Shown here piece after piece: positions 1 to 10,893 of a stretch of DNA of 64,000 nt (positions are counted from its first letter, which is position 1; the number at the start of each line of letters is the position of its first letter). The DNA is from an uncultured Candidatus Saccharibacteria bacterium. Lineage in GTDB: Bacteria > Patescibacteriota > Doudnabacteria > UBA920. Made by a program: the position numbers and the translations under genes. The DNA lies in assembly GCA_964436545.1 (NCBI GenBank), contig CAYTCJ010000004.1:59368-123367 (forward strand), written 5' to 3'. The notes under the pieces are model-generated. The model saw only the letters and a program-made list of their open reading frames with translations, did not search any database and was not told the DNA's origin.

Positions 1-273
1 GCAGATAATAGTAAGGCATCAAATTTTATTCTAAGAGCAATAAAAGATTTTGCTCAGCAGAAGCAAGAAAATGGGGGTTTGGAAAATGATGGGAATGATG
101 TAATTGCGATCACACAAATAAAGCAAGATTTGCAAACAGGTTATAGTATTGTTTTTACAAATGTGCCACGTGGTGCACTGTATGTAACAGTCTTACAAAA
201 AGGAGATAGTAAAAAACCATTTGTTCATGATCAAGAAATTGAATTATCTGATTTAACAAATTTAAGTGAGTAA
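1..273 (+). CDS. 3' end of a hypothetical protein that continues upstream of the window
   Basis: The reading frame is open from nt 1 with no stop until TAA at 271-273. The tracked ORF 79..273 is the same frame. No recognisable motif. Confidence 0.4.
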   Translation, partial: ADNSKASNFILRAIKDFAQQKQENGGLENDGNDVIAITQIKQDLQTGYSIVFTNVPRGALYVTVLQKGDSKKPFVHDQEIELSDLTNLSE

Positions 274-306
274 GTTTAATTAAATTTAATTTAAGGAGAA
301 TAAATT

Positions 307-2178
307 ATGCCAAAAATTATAGGAATAGATTTAGGAACCAGCAATAGCGCTGCCAGCGTTATGCAAGGCGGGTCGCCGGTAATGATTCCGGCAGCCGAAG
401 GCACCAGTTTGGGCGGGAAAGCTTTTCCGTCCTATGTGGCATTTACCAAAGAAGGTCAATTATTGGTGGGGGAACCGGCGCGAAGGCAAGCGGTTACCAA
501 CCCCGAAGGCACCATTTTTGAAGCTAAGCGCAAAATGGGCACCAAGGAAAAATTTAGTATTTTAGGCAAAGATTATACCCCGGAACAAATTTCCGCTTTC
601 ATTTTGCAAAAAATTAAAAAAGATGCGGAAAGTTTTTTGGGCGAGCCGGTCGCTAAAGCGGTAATTACCGTACCCGCGTATTTTGACGACAGCCAAAGAC
701 AAGCGACTAAAAATGCGGGTGAAATTGCGGGGTTAGAAGTGGTGCGCGTAATTAATGAGCCTACGGCCGCGGCTTTTGCGTATGGCTTGGACAAAACCGG
801 CAAAGACCAAAAGATTTTAGTGTTTGACTTGGGTGGCGGAACCTTAGATGTAACCATTATGGATTTTGGCGAGCACGATGGCCAAGCGACTTTTGAAGTT
901 TTATCTACCAGTGGCGATACCAAACTTGGCGGTAAAGATATGGATAAAGCGTTAATTGATTTTATCACCAATGATTTTAAGGCGAGTAATGGCGTGGATT
1001 TGCAAAACGATAAAATGGCTATGAACCGCGTGAGGGAAGCGGCGGAAAAAGCTAAAATTGAGTTATCTACCACTTTGGAAACCGATATCAACTTACCGTT
1101 TATTACCGCAGATGCCAGCGGACCTAAGCACTTGCAAGTAAAAATTACTCGGGCCAAATTGGAAGAGCTGATAAAACCCATTGTGGAAAGAATGCGTCAG
1201 CCGGTAAGCCAAGCTTTGAGCGATGCCAAATTGACTCCGCAAAATATTGAAAAAATTATTTTAATCGGCGGACCCACTCGGATGCCCGCTGTGCAAAAAT
1301 TTGTGGAAGAGTTTATTGGCAAACAGATTGAACGAGGCGTGGACCCTATGGAAGCCGTAGCCAAAGGCGCGGCAGTGCAAGCGGGGATTTTAGGCGGAGA
1401 TGTGCAAGGTAAAGAAATTTTACTCTTGGACGTAACTCCCTTAACTTTGGGTTTGGAAACCTTAGGGGGAGTGAGAACTCCGCTTATTGAACGCAATACC
1501 ACTATTCCGACTTCCAAAAGCCAGACTTTTTCCACGGCTGCCGATAACCAAACCAGTGTGGAGATTCATGTTTTGCAAGGGGAGAGGGAATTTGCCAAAG
1601 ATAACAAGTCCTTAGGGCACTTTGTGTTAGATGGCATTCCACCGGCCCCGAGGGGTGTGCCTCAAGTGGAAGTTACTTTTGATATTGATGCCAGCGGGAT
1701 TTTAACCGTAAAAGCCAAAGACAAGGCCACGGGCAAAGAAAATAAAATCACTATTCAGGGATCTTCTAATTTAAGCAAAGAAGAAATTGAGAGAATGAAA
1801 AAGGAAGCCGAAAGCCATGCAGCGGAAGATAGAAAGCGCAAAGAAACCGTAGATATGCGCAACCAAGCCGATACGTTAATTGCCGTTTCGGAAAAAACTT
1901 TAAAAGATGCCGGAGAAAAAGTAAAAGCCGAAGACAAGACCGCGGTGGAAGAAAAAATCAAAGCCTTAAAAGACGTTAAAGATAAAGATAATATAGACGA
2001 GATAAAAAAGGCTATGGATGCTTTAAGTGAAGCTATTCAAAAAGTGGGAGCTGGTATGTATGCGGAACAGAAGCCTGAAGCTGGAAGTATGAATCAAGAA
2101 TCAGGCAAAACTACTGATAATCCTCAGGCAGGATCAGGACCGGTAGATGCGGAGTATAAGGAAGTCCCGAAAGAATAG
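307..2178 (+). CDS. dnaK: Molecular chaperone DnaK (Hsp70)
   Basis: N-terminal [14 protein letters not shown] motif, DLGGGTLDV, Hsp70 signatures and acidic C-terminal tail. AAGGAG RBS 8 nt upstream. Confidence 0.96.
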   Translation: MPKIIGIDLGTSNSAASVMQGGSPVMIPAAEGTSLGGKAFPSYVAFTKEGQLLVGEPARRQAVTNPEGTIFEAKRKMGTKEKFSILGKDYTPEQISAFILQKIKKDAESFLGEPVAKAVITVPAYFDDSQRQATKNAGEIAGLEVVRVINEPTAAAFAYGLDKTGKDQKILVFDLGGGTLDVTIMDFGEHDGQATFEVLSTSGDTKLGGKDMDKALIDFITNDFKASNGVDLQNDKMAMNRVREAAEKAKIELSTTLETDINLPFITADASGPKHLQVKITRAKLEELIKPIVERMRQPVSQALSDAKLTPQNIEKIILIGGPTRMPAVQKFVEEFIGKQIERGVDPMEAVAKGAAVQAGILGGDVQGKEILLLDVTPLTLGLETLGGVRTPLIERNTTIPTSKSQTFSTAADNQTSVEIHVLQGEREFAKDNKSLGHFVLDGIPPAPRGVPQVEVTFDIDASGILTVKAKDKATGKENKITIQGSSNLSKEEIERMKKEAESHAAEDRKRKETVDMRNQADTLIAVSEKTLKDAGEKVKAEDKTAVEEKIKALKDVKDKDNIDEIKKAMDALSEAIQKVGAGMYAEQKPEAGSMNQESGKTTDNPQAGSGPVDAEYKEVPKE

Positions 2179-2201
2179 TATTAATATAATTTACGTCTTT
2201 G

Positions 2202-2318
2202 CTGTCATCCCGACCGACCGAATGCTTCTGAGGGAGTGGAGGGATCCCTTAAGTCTTGAATATATAAGGGATTCCTCGGCTCGTCGTTTAGCTGGCGGAG
2301 ACTCGCTCGGAATGACAG
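2202..2318. mobile_element. MITE-like palindromic element (family A, 'GGAATGACA' type) in the dnaK-dnaJ spacer
   Basis: About 117 bp bounded by terminal inverted repeats CTGTCATCCCGACCGA ... TCGCTCGGAATGACAG. Internal palindrome GAGGGATCCCTTA...TAAGGGATTCCTC. Same termini as the elements at 16834, 32028, 49646 and 63746. Confidence 0.45.
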
Positions 2319-2523
2319 AGGGGGTGTTTTGCAAAGGCGGAAGTCTAAGTAAGGCAAATTTGCCAGCATCTGAAGTTATGGGATCAAAGCTTGCAGAAAT
2401 AAAATTTACAGCCTCAAAAAGTAGAAATTATGAGGTATGAATTATGAATTATGGAAAAAAGTATTATTTTCATTATTTCCTTTTTGCAAGGTTTTACTAG
2501 ACAGGTAATTCTTAATTCAGCTT

Positions 2524-3702
2524 ATGTCTAAAAATTATTACGAGATTTTAGGAGTTGGTAAATCTGCTTCGGCCGACGAAATCAAACGCGCCTTTCGAAA
2601 AAAAGCTCACGAATACCACCCAGACAAGGGCGGAGGTAATGCGGAAAAATTTAAAGAAGTGAATGAAGCTTACCAGGTTTTGGGTGACGAAGGTAAAAAG
2701 AAAAATTACGATACTTATGGCACGGCCGAAGGCCCCATGGGTGGTTTTGGTGGTGGAGGGGGTCCGTTTGGTGGTTTTTCCGGCGGAGCTGGACCAGGCC
2801 CTGCCTGGGATTTTAGCGGGTTTTCTAACCAAGGGGGTATGGAATTCGATTTGGGTGATATTTTTGGGGATTTATTCGGTGGGGGTGGAGGCAGGGGACA
2901 AACCGCTTCCAGAAGAAATAAAGGGATAGATTTAGAAATGCCCATGCAAGTGAGTTTTGAAGAAGCGGTTTTTGGCGTGGAAAAAATTGTGAGTTTGGAA
3001 AAACGTGATGAATGCAAAATGTGCAAAGGCACCGGAGCGGAAGCAGGTACTAAAATCAGCACGTGTAGCAAGTGCCATGGTCAAGGGCAAATTCGCACTC
3101 AAAGAAGAACCATTTTTGGCAATGTGGCTTCGGCAGTGGCGTGTGATAATTGTGAGGGCACGGGTAAAACTCCGGACAGTCCCTGCAAAACTTGCAAAGG
3201 GGTGGGAAGTTTTCGGCAGGATAAAAAATTAAATGTAAAAATTCCCGCGGGCATAGATGACGGGCAGTCAATTCGCATACCCGGAGAAGGCGAAGCCGGA
3301 TACAGAGGTTCCAAACCCGGAGATTTATATTTGCGTTTAAGTGTTAAACCGCATAAAGATTTTGTGCGCGACGGCATTAATTTGTATAAAGATTTGCCAA
3401 TTAGTTTTACGCAAGCCAGCTTAGGGGCAAAATTATTGGTAAAAACTTTAGATGGCGAGATAGAATTAAAAATTCCCAGTGGCACCCAAAACGGAGTGCA
3501 GTTTAGAATAAAAAATAAAGGTGTGCCTCAGATAGATAATCGAGACCATCGAGGTGATTTGTTGTTAACCGCCCGCGTGATTGTGCCGACAAAACTGAGT
3601 AAAAACGAAAAAGAAATATTAAAAGCTTTAGCCAAGGAACGGGGCGAAAGTGTGGAAGTGGACAGTAATTTGTGGGACGAAATTAAGCATTCTTTTAGTT
3701 AA
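2524..3702 (+). CDS. dnaJ: Co-chaperone DnaJ
   Basis: J-domain (YYEILGV ... HPDK), Gly-rich linker, four CxxCxGxG zinc-finger repeats and a C-terminal client-binding domain. Confidence 0.95.
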   Translation: MSKNYYEILGVGKSASADEIKRAFRKKAHEYHPDKGGGNAEKFKEVNEAYQVLGDEGKKKNYDTYGTAEGPMGGFGGGGGPFGGFSGGAGPGPAWDFSGFSNQGGMEFDLGDIFGDLFGGGGGRGQTASRRNKGIDLEMPMQVSFEEAVFGVEKIVSLEKRDECKMCKGTGAEAGTKISTCSKCHGQGQIRTQRRTIFGNVASAVACDNCEGTGKTPDSPCKTCKGVGSFRQDKKLNVKIPAGIDDGQSIRIPGEGEAGYRGSKPGDLYLRLSVKPHKDFVRDGINLYKDLPISFTQASLGAKLLVKTLDGEIELKIPSGTQNGVQFRIKNKGVPQIDNRDHRGDLLLTARVIVPTKLSKNEKEILKALAKERGESVEVDSNLWDEIKHSFS

Positions 3703-3818
3703 CCTTGGGGTATTAGCACGGAAAATTTTTTCCTCTAAAAGAGGAATTGTGGTATAATGGTTAAAGTAATATGTAGGATAAGCTGAGAAGCAGGGTTGTT
3801 GTGAAATAAAAAACAAAA

Positions 3819-4373
3819 ATGGATATTTCCACTTTTTCGCAAACTAAAGACTTAGTTCAAACTTTTAACTGGAACACGCCTTCTTGGGACTTGTTTATTT
3901 TTTTATTTTGGGCCTGTGCCAGTGTGTTTTACGCTTTTAGTGCCGGACGAGGACGCATTATCAACATTTTAATTTCCGTGTATATGGCAAAGCTGTTAAC
4001 TTTGGAAGCGCCGTTTTTAAGCCGAGCCATTGAGGGGAGTTTGCCGAGTAATTTGCTGGCGGTCCAACAGTTAGTGGTGTTTGTGTTATTATTTGTGATC
4101 TTATTTGTTTTACTCGGTCGGTATGCGTTTAAGACTTCGGCAGATCACAGAAAAATTACTTCCATAGTTTATGGTTTGATTTTTGCGATTTTACAAATTG
4201 GGTTATTAATCAATACTGTCTTAACTTTACTGCCTATGGGTGTACAAAATAGTTTTAGCCAACTCATTCAAAAACTTTTTATTTATAATCCGGCCAGTTT
4301 TGTGTGGTTGCTTTTGCCTTTAGGGTATTTGGTCCTGTTGGGCAGACATTTAAGCCATCATGATGAATTTTAA
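3819..4373 (+). CDS. Integral membrane protein (CvpA-like?)
   Basis: 184 aa with 4-5 predicted hydrophobic helices. No catalytic motif. Confidence 0.45.
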   Translation: MDISTFSQTKDLVQTFNWNTPSWDLFIFLFWACASVFYAFSAGRGRIINILISVYMAKLLTLEAPFLSRAIEGSLPSNLLAVQQLVVFVLLFVILFVLLGRYAFKTSADHRKITSIVYGLIFAILQIGLLINTVLTLLPMGVQNSFSQLIQKLFIYNPASFVWLLLPLGYLVLLGRHLSHHDEF

Positions 4374-4449
4374 TTTTTAGCATTTAGGGGGTAGCGTTTA
4401 GTAAGTAGCTAATTTTACTCATATTATTTACTATATAGGAATATCAAAG

Positions 4450-4854
4450 ATGCATAAACATATAGTGCTTTTAATTGATGATGACGCGTTAATCATCAAC
4501 ACGCTTAAGCAGAGGTTTGCCACAAGGGAAATTGAACTGTTTACCGCCGGTAGTCCGGAGGAAGCTAAAAGTATTTTAGAAAAAATTACTCCGCAAATTG
4601 TGGTTTTGGACTTATTGTTAACCAGAGAAGACGGCAGTAGCGGGGTGTTGGATAAATTAAAAAGCCAAGAACGATTAAAGCATATTCCGGTTTTAGTGTT
4701 AACTAATTTAGATAAACCGGAATTAAGAACAATGTTATTAGGGCAAGGGGTTAAAGAGTATTTAATTAAAGGCAGTTTAAGTCTAGATGAGTTATACGAA
4801 AAGGTGCTTAGTTATTTGGAACCTAAGGAAGAAACTCTAAATCCGAAAAACTAA
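4450..4854 (+). CDS. Stand-alone response-regulator receiver domain (CheY-like)
   Basis: LLIDDD acidic pocket, phospho-acceptor Asp in VVLDLLL, and a conserved Lys in KEYLIKGS. 134 aa with no output domain. Confidence 0.7.
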   Translation: MHKHIVLLIDDDALIINTLKQRFATREIELFTAGSPEEAKSILEKITPQIVVLDLLLTREDGSSGVLDKLKSQERLKHIPVLVLTNLDKPELRTMLLGQGVKEYLIKGSLSLDELYEKVLSYLEPKEETLNPKN

Positions 4855-4944
4855 ACCTCTAAACAAGACATAAATTTTAAATCCGAAAAAATTACTTTGG
4901 TTATTCTGTTTGGGTTTGGTATGTGTTTGTTTAGTATTTAGAAT

Positions 4945-5847
4945 TTAGATTTTCGAATTTTTACTCCAACGTGAAAAAATTCCTGTGGATATAAAGCGGG
5001 AATTTTTTTGTTGCAAACAGAGTTCGCCGAATTCAATGTTGCCACCTCGGCCCTTGGCCATATCTTCCAGTAAATTGTTTAAGGCTACAGCCGAAGAATT
5101 AGTCGCGTAGCCGTTGATAATTAAAAATTGCGCTTGGGGTGACAAAAGTTTTAAAGCATCGTTTAACAGTTCGGGTAAATTTTGGTTAAACTTCCAAGGT
5201 TTGCCGGTGGGCGAATGGCCAAAAGCGGGAGGGTCCATAATAATCCCGTCATATTTAGCCCCTCTTTTAATTTCTCGTTTAACAAATTTTACACAGTCAT
5301 CCAGTATCCACCTCACCGAATCTTTTGGTAATTGGTTAAGTTGCCAATTTTCATTAGCCCAAGTTATGGCGGGTTTGCTGGCATCTACATGAGTCACTAA
5401 ATATCCGGCTTTGGCTAAGACCATAGTCGCTCCACCCGTGTAAGCAAACAAGTTGAGAATTTTAGGTTTTTCATTTTGATTTTTGAGGTTTGATTTTTCA
5501 ATTTTTTCCACCATCCATTCCCAATTATAGGCTTGTTCCGCAAATAAGCCGGTATGTTTAAAAGGGGAGAGTTTTAATAAGAATTGGACATTTTGGAATT
5601 TTATTATCCAAGGGTTAGGCAGGGGTTTTTTGATTTCCCATTGCCCTTTGCTGTCTTCATTGCCGGATTTAAAAATCGCCCAAGCTTTATCCCATTCGGT
5701 TTGGGGTAAGTGGGGTTGCCAAATAATTTGGGGGTCGGGTCTGGCTAAAATTACTTCCGCCCATTGTTCCAAGCGGTAACCATTGCCACTGTCCAATAAT
5801 TTATAATCCCAATTTTGACTAAAAGTTTGGAGTTCCAAAGTGTGCAT
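4945..5847 (-). CDS. Class I SAM-dependent RNA methyltransferase (RlmI/YccW-like)
   Basis: Motif I LNLFAYTGGATMV and the DPPAFG (DPPxF) motif typical of rRNA m5C/m2G methyltransferases. Confidence 0.6.
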   Translation of the reverse strand: MHTLELQTFSQNWDYKLLDSGNGYRLEQWAEVILARPDPQIIWQPHLPQTEWDKAWAIFKSGNEDSKGQWEIKKPLPNPWIIKFQNVQFLLKLSPFKHTGLFAEQAYNWEWMVEKIEKSNLKNQNEKPKILNLFAYTGGATMVLAKAGYLVTHVDASKPAITWANENWQLNQLPKDSVRWILDDCVKFVKREIKRGAKYDGIIMDPPAFGHSPTGKPWKFNQNLPELLNDALKLLSPQAQFLIINGYATNSSAVALNNLLEDMAKGRGGNIEFGELCLQQKNSRFISTGIFSRWSKNSKI

Positions 5848-6189
5848 TTATTTGGCAAAAATATCAATTAAGGAAAAATTTTCTAACGTGCCGTTAATTT
5901 TAAGGACGACCGGGGTGTTTAAGAGTTTGCTGTAGTCTCTGGTGGTGAATAAATAAATAGTTTGCTCAGCAGTTTCTAACATTAAGTTACCCCTTTGGCT
6001 ATGGTTGCTAATTTTTAATACCCCAGTAAGTTCTTGGGTCGTGGGTTTGATAGTTTCCACTTGGGGATTGGTAGGGGCAGAGGTAGTTGAGGGTTGGTTC
6101 GGGCGGTCCTTTTTAATTAACCATAAACCCACTAGCACAATTACAATGCCCACAATTTGGTAAGCGTGTTTTTTTACAAAAGTATTCAT
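5848..6189 (-). CDS. Small membrane-anchored hypothetical protein
   Basis: N-terminal TM helix (IVGIVIVLVGLWLI). The stop/start abuts the upstream methyltransferase. Confidence 0.4.
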   Translation of the reverse strand: MNTFVKKHAYQIVGIVIVLVGLWLIKKDRPNQPSTTSAPTNPQVETIKPTTQELTGVLKISNHSQRGNLMLETAEQTIYLFTTRDYSKLLNTPVVLKINGTLENFSLIDIFAK

Positions 6190-6253
6190 AAATTTTTGGT
6201 GAGTTAATTAAGTACTTGAAGGTAGTTTACTTTTTAACCATTAAAAAGTCAAA

Positions 6254-6709
6254 ATGTGGTATAATTTGGGTATGAATAACGGGTTAATTACCAGTCATAT
6301 TAGAGCCTATTTAAGCCATCGGCCACGATGGTATGCCTTTATTGCCGGCAGTGGCATAATTATTTTTTGGCGGGGGATTTGGCATTCGGCCGACACTTTA
6401 CATAGTTATTTTGATTCGGTTGCCAGAGGCTCCAGTATCGATTTAACCGCCTATCAATGGTGGGATGGCCCTTTGTCCTTAATTGTGGGATTTGTGGTTT
6501 TAAATTTTACCGGCACCTTTATTTCCAGTTTTATTGGGAATGAAATTATTCTAGCCGGTTTAAGGGGCGAGAAGCAGTTAGCCAGAAAAACTGAATCTGA
6601 AGTCAAAACCGAGGTGGGAGCATTGGCGGAAATTAAAGAAGAGTTGTTTTTACTTTCCACCAAACTGGAAGAATTGGAAAATAAACTTAAAAAACAAAAT
6701 TTAAATTAA
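6254..6709 (+). CDS. Hypothetical membrane protein with C-terminal coiled coil
   Basis: Two hydrophobic segments followed by a K/E-rich heptad tail. Confidence 0.4.
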   Translation: MWYNLGMNNGLITSHIRAYLSHRPRWYAFIAGSGIIIFWRGIWHSADTLHSYFDSVARGSSIDLTAYQWWDGPLSLIVGFVVLNFTGTFISSFIGNEIILAGLRGEKQLARKTESEVKTEVGALAEIKEELFLLSTKLEELENKLKKQNLN

Positions 6710-6771
6710 AATCCACCTGAAGGTGGATTTTATGATGATTTCTAAAGTCTAATACTGTTTTTAAAATATTT

Positions 6772-6847
6772 TGGTGGGAACGGTGGGGATCGAACCCACG
6801 ACAAACGGCTTAAAAGGCCGCTGCTCTACCGACTGAGCTACGTTCCC
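6772..6847 (-). tRNA. tRNA-Lys (anticodon UUU)
   Basis: The reverse complement reads GGGAACGTAGCTCAGTCGGTAGAGCAGCGGCCTTTTAAGCCGTTTGTCGTGGGTTCGATCCCCACCGTTCCCACCA. It has a canonical D-loop, a CUUUUAA anticodon loop, a GGTTCGATCC T-arm and an encoded CCA. Confidence 0.85.
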
Positions 6848-6934
6848 TTGATAGGAATGTTGTATATTTGACTAATCAATTAAATTTGGCGTATACCGAT
6901 CCCGACGCTCCTTTGGAAGTCGGGACTCCGACTT

Positions 6935-7095
6935 TGACGTCGGAGCTGAGCTACGTTCCCCCTACTACGTTTCCACCGTCGCCAAGGCTATGGTGGACAA
7001 GAAAGCTTCGAAGGGTGAAGGGTATTTATTGGCAATGTTTATTTTTTGCTTGCCCTCCATAGCATTTTGCGAAGGAGGGAGCTACGTTCCCAATA
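6935..7095. repeat. Three spaced copies of the tRNA-Lys 5' acceptor/D-stem 13-mer (GAGCTACGTTCCC), each next to a short hairpin
   Basis: GAGCTACGTTCCC occurs at 6835-6847 (inside the tRNA), about 6948-6960 and about 7080-7092. Adjacent hairpins: GTCGGGACTCCGAC and CCCTCC...GGAGGG. Confidence 0.5.
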
Positions 7096-7221
7096 TATGG
7101 AAATCTTTGTTATTTTACACTACTTTTAGCCTTTTATCAAGGCTGGCTTATCCACTTTAATCTTTAAGTTGGTTATGTTAAAATATAGCTAAATTATCTG
7201 AGAACCTATTAAAAAATCTTT

Positions 7222-7770
7222 ATGAGAAACAAAAATCAAAAAGGCTTTACCTCCACACCAAATTTTGGTGTGAGCCTGCCAAGCAGGCGGGGGTTCACCC
7301 TCATAGAACTTCTAGTCGTAGTGGCAATTATTGCGTTGTTAACTTCCGTGGCCTTAATTGCTTTAGTATCTGCCAGACAAAAAGCGAGAAATGCCAAACG
7401 GGCAGCCGACATGGTCCAAATGCTGAATGCTTTGGAATTGTTCAAGGCACAGCATGCCGGTTACCCGAATGACACCACTCCTCAAGATGGTATACCCGAT
7501 GGTGTATCGCCAAGATTTGCTTCTACTATTCCGAAAGCTCCGACTCCCGCTGATTCGGTGATTTGTGAAGCGAATTTCAGTCCGTGTGGCGGAGCCGGCG
7601 AACCCGCTTGTGTAATTGCCAATACTTATTACTATGTTCCCAAGGGTACTTGCGAGATAGTTAACAGTGTGGAAGTCTGTTCCGATTACGAATATTATTT
7701 TTGTTTAGGAGATAAAACGGGGAGTATTCCGGCCGGGGTAAAAATCATGGGACCAAAAGGGATAAGGTAG
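7222..7770 (+). CDS. Type IV pilin / pseudopilin (prepilin-type N-terminal cleavage/methylation domain)
   Basis: GFTLIELLVVVAIIALL class-III signal-peptide motif. Cys-rich C-terminal domain. Confidence 0.8.
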   Translation: MRNKNQKGFTSTPNFGVSLPSRRGFTLIELLVVVAIIALLTSVALIALVSARQKARNAKRAADMVQMLNALELFKAQHAGYPNDTTPQDGIPDGVSPRFASTIPKAPTPADSVICEANFSPCGGAGEPACVIANTYYYVPKGTCEIVNSVEVCSDYEYYFCLGDKTGSIPAGVKIMGPKGIR

Positions 7771-7860
7771 AAAAAAGCAATCAGTTTGTTAGCCAATCAG
7801 TAGTCATTAAGTCAGTAATCTGCACATTAGGGATAGGTATAGATTAAGCAAATACTAATA

Positions 7861-7890
7861 AATTCTCCTCTGCAAAGAGGAGAATTTTTT
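7861..7890 (+). terminator. Rho-independent terminator hairpin
   Basis: AATTCTCCTCTGCAAAGAGGAGAATTTTTT. Confidence 0.5.
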
Positions 7891-7907
7891 GTTATAATAA
7901 ATGCCAA

Positions 7908-9272
7908 ATGACCACCTACTTAAGCCAGTTAGTAACTTTAGTTTTAAAACAGCCCAATACTTTAAGCCAAATCTATAAACAGTATGGGAATTTAAGTCTT
8001 TTTGATTATGTAAATTTTTGGTCAGTAAACCGAGGTAAAGTAGATTCAGCTCTTACCCACACACTCAGTAAAGTCATTAAGGAATATTATCCTCAAGATT
8101 ATCAATCAATCGTTGAAAGTTTGTTGGCCTGTCCTATGGTTTCCACCATAGATCATTATGGTATATTAAATCATCCGTTTTTTATTAATGCTAATTTAGT
8201 TTACAGCTTAAGGCGGAATGTAAAATATTTAATTTGTTTTCCTACTGCCGGAGTTTCTTTAAACAATTCTTCTTGGCCCGGAAGTCTAATGAGGTTTTGT
8301 CCGACTCAAGCAGTTCGGTGGTCATTTTTTCCTGAAAAACTTAAGCACTTACCGGTATTGTCTGCCCCCACGATTCATTCAAATAATAAAATTTATGCTA
8401 GCTTGCCTGAGCCGGTAAAAAAATTATTTAAAGAGAATCAGATATTTTCCGCCAGTACGTATTTAAAACAAGCTTCAAGTTTAAGCAGTCATTTATGGCG
8501 AACCATTTTCCCCGAAGCGCCGTTAATGGTGTATGTGCCTTTGGAAAAACTTATTAATCAAATTTTAGTGGAGATAATTCTTCCCAACCGCAGTCATCCT
8601 TTAAATTTTTTATTATTTACTCGGGCGGGTTGGGATTTGTTAAGTAAATATTTTTGGGAAGTTAAAGGCGCCTTTGGAAAAAATTTCGGGAGTTTTTTAT
8701 TTTGGGGGATAGGGGCAACGGGCGAGCGAGTGGCCTTGGTTCAACAACAAAATTGGTTAATTGGCCAACAATTAAAATTTTCACTGAATGAGAATCAGCT
8801 TACAACCGCAATTCATTCCGGACAGTTATACCCAACTTCTTTAGTGTGTTTTATTGTGTTAATGCATTATGGTTTAACCGCTCTCGGGGGCTTTAATCAA
8901 GTTAATTGGTTAACTGAAATTAAGGCAAATTTAATCCAGCTTTGGCAAGCAGTCGGTAAAGTCGATTTGGCCAATCAATTAATGCATGTAGTTACCGAAA
9001 ATTTTGCCGAAGGTAATTTATCTTTTTTATTTTATAACGAACAAGTTTACAAACCATCGGGCATTGATATTTTGCTTAAAGCGTCTCAGGATTTGTACCC
9101 ACAGTATGTGAAATTATCCAAAAAACTTACAGTCGCCGAAAGCATAGAAACCTTGTTACCGGAAATTTATAAAATCACCGTGCCTCAAGCCCAACGAGAA
9201 CCGGGCTTGGAAAAGTTAACCGATGCAGATATGATTAAGGCATTAAATCTGACAGAAAAGTTAAAATTTTAG
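7908..9272 (+). CDS. Hypothetical protein (454 aa)
   Basis: Long ORF with no recognisable motif. Confidence 0.5.
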   Translation: MTTYLSQLVTLVLKQPNTLSQIYKQYGNLSLFDYVNFWSVNRGKVDSALTHTLSKVIKEYYPQDYQSIVESLLACPMVSTIDHYGILNHPFFINANLVYSLRRNVKYLICFPTAGVSLNNSSWPGSLMRFCPTQAVRWSFFPEKLKHLPVLSAPTIHSNNKIYASLPEPVKKLFKENQIFSASTYLKQASSLSSHLWRTIFPEAPLMVYVPLEKLINQILVEIILPNRSHPLNFLLFTRAGWDLLSKYFWEVKGAFGKNFGSFLFWGIGATGERVALVQQQNWLIGQQLKFSLNENQLTTAIHSGQLYPTSLVCFIVLMHYGLTALGGFNQVNWLTEIKANLIQLWQAVGKVDLANQLMHVVTENFAEGNLSFLFYNEQVYKPSGIDILLKASQDLYPQYVKLSKKLTVAESIETLLPEIYKITVPQAQREPGLEKLTDADMIKALNLTEKLKF

Positions 9273-9339
9273 CTTGATTTTTTGGAGTAAATATGCTAAA
9301 ATATACAGGCGTTTTTAAAAATTAAAGGAATTAATTGTT

Positions 9340-10884
9340 ATGAGTTTTTTTATTCGAATGAAAGAGTGGTTTACCAAAAAGCGTTTAATTTGGACAGTCA
9401 TTATTGGGCTGGTAGTGGTGCCCATGGCGGTTAAAATTATTAAAGGAGAGAATCCGGCGGATAAAATTCAGACCACTAAAGTTGCCACTAAAGATTTAAA
9501 AGCTACAGTTTTGGCTACCGGACAAGTAGTCTCGGAAACAGATTTAAACTTAAGTTTCAAAACCAGCGGGATAGTGGAACAGGTATTGGTTAAAGAAGGT
9601 GCCGTGGTCAAGCCGGGGCAAGTTTTAGCTTTGCTTTCACAAAGGGATCAATTAGCCAGCCTCACTACTGCCCGCGGGGCTTTAGCTCAAGCGGAAGCGA
9701 ACTATAATAAAGTTTTAGCCGGTGCTTCCAATGAGGACATTACAGCCATGCAAGTGGCTTTGGAGAATGCCAAGGTAAGTTTAGCCAACACTAAAAAACA
9801 ACAAGACACAGTAGTGAGTAATGCTTACAGCACTTTGTTAAATACTCCGTTCCAAGCTTTGGCTTCCACGGCGAACGCAGGTTCGGCAAGCGTTACGCTT
9901 TCTGGCACTTATGTGGGAACCGAACAAGGGGTTTATAAACTTACAATATATAACACGGGTTCGGAACAAAGATTTCAAATCAGTGGTTTAGAAAATGGTG
10001 ATGGTTTGGTAAAAAGCATTCCGGTAGCTTTGGGCAGTAAAGGGTTGTATGTGCAATTTTCAGGGACTGCTTATAGCGGAGATGTCTGGACAGTGAGTAT
10101 CCCCAATACGTTATCCTCCAGTTATGTAACCAATTACAATGCTTACCAAGCCGCGGTTAAAGCAAAAGATTTGGCGATTTCCACTGCGGAGAGTGTGGTG
10201 GCTTCCGCGCAAGCCAGTTTGGATTTGAAAAAAGCTTCGGCCAGACCGGCAGATTTACAAGTTGCTCAGGCCAGCATTCTTTCGGCGCAAGGTCAGGTGC
10301 AGTCTGCTTTGGCCAGTTTAGAGAATCAAATTATCCGGGCGCCATCGGGCGGAACCATTACCAATGTAGACATAAAAATTGGCGAATTGGCCACTGCTTT
10401 AAAAACTGTGATTGTGCTCCAAGACGTAAATAGTTTGCACGTGGAAGCCAATGTGAGCGAATCGAGTATTGCCAATTTGAAAGTGGGACAAAAAGTTAAT
10501 TTAACTTTTGATGCTTTGGGGTTGGACCGAGTGTTTACCGGAGAAATTCAAACAATTAACCCTGGAGCCACTGTGGTTTCGGGCATCATTAATTATAAAA
10601 TTATCGCCGGATTAGATACGCAAGTCGAAGCCATAAAACCGGGGATGACGGCGAATATTATTGTGTTAATTAGCGAAAAACCTCAAGTGTTAGCGGTTCC
10701 CCTGAGAGCCATTGTTAAAACTGAAGGTAAAAATTTTGTGCGAGTCATTACTGACAGTAAAACCAAAAGTTTTGAGTTAACAGAAGTAAGTTTGGGTATT
10801 CAAGCCGACGGCGGTTGGGTGGAGGTGTTGTCCGGAGTTAAAGCTGACGAGGAAATTGTAGAGAGCATTAAAGACAAAAAATAA
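9340..10884 (+). CDS. Efflux ABC-transporter periplasmic adaptor (HlyD/MacA-type membrane-fusion protein)
   Basis: N-terminal TM anchor, lipoyl/beta-barrel MFP motifs (VKPGQVLALL ... IIRAPSGGTITNV). Unusually long insertion between the coiled-coil helices. Confidence 0.75.
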   Translation: MSFFIRMKEWFTKKRLIWTVIIGLVVVPMAVKIIKGENPADKIQTTKVATKDLKATVLATGQVVSETDLNLSFKTSGIVEQVLVKEGAVVKPGQVLALLSQRDQLASLTTARGALAQAEANYNKVLAGASNEDITAMQVALENAKVSLANTKKQQDTVVSNAYSTLLNTPFQALASTANAGSASVTLSGTYVGTEQGVYKLTIYNTGSEQRFQISGLENGDGLVKSIPVALGSKGLYVQFSGTAYSGDVWTVSIPNTLSSSYVTNYNAYQAAVKAKDLAISTAESVVASAQASLDLKKASARPADLQVAQASILSAQGQVQSALASLENQIIRAPSGGTITNVDIKIGELATALKTVIVLQDVNSLHVEANVSESSIANLKVGQKVNLTFDALGLDRVFTGEIQTINPGATVVSGIINYKIIAGLDTQVEAIKPGMTANIIVLISEKPQVLAVPLRAIVKTEGKNFVRVITDSKTKSFELTEVSLGIQADGGWVEVLSGVKADEEIVESIKDKK

Positions 10885-10893
10885 TTTTTCATC

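Noticed and set aside
573-2440. Antisense/alternate-frame ORFs inside dnaK (573..1181, 1197..1535, 1755..1961) and ORF 2147..2440 in the dnaK-dnaJ spacer
   Set aside because: They lie fully within or overlap strongly supported genes or the MITE-like element. No motifs.
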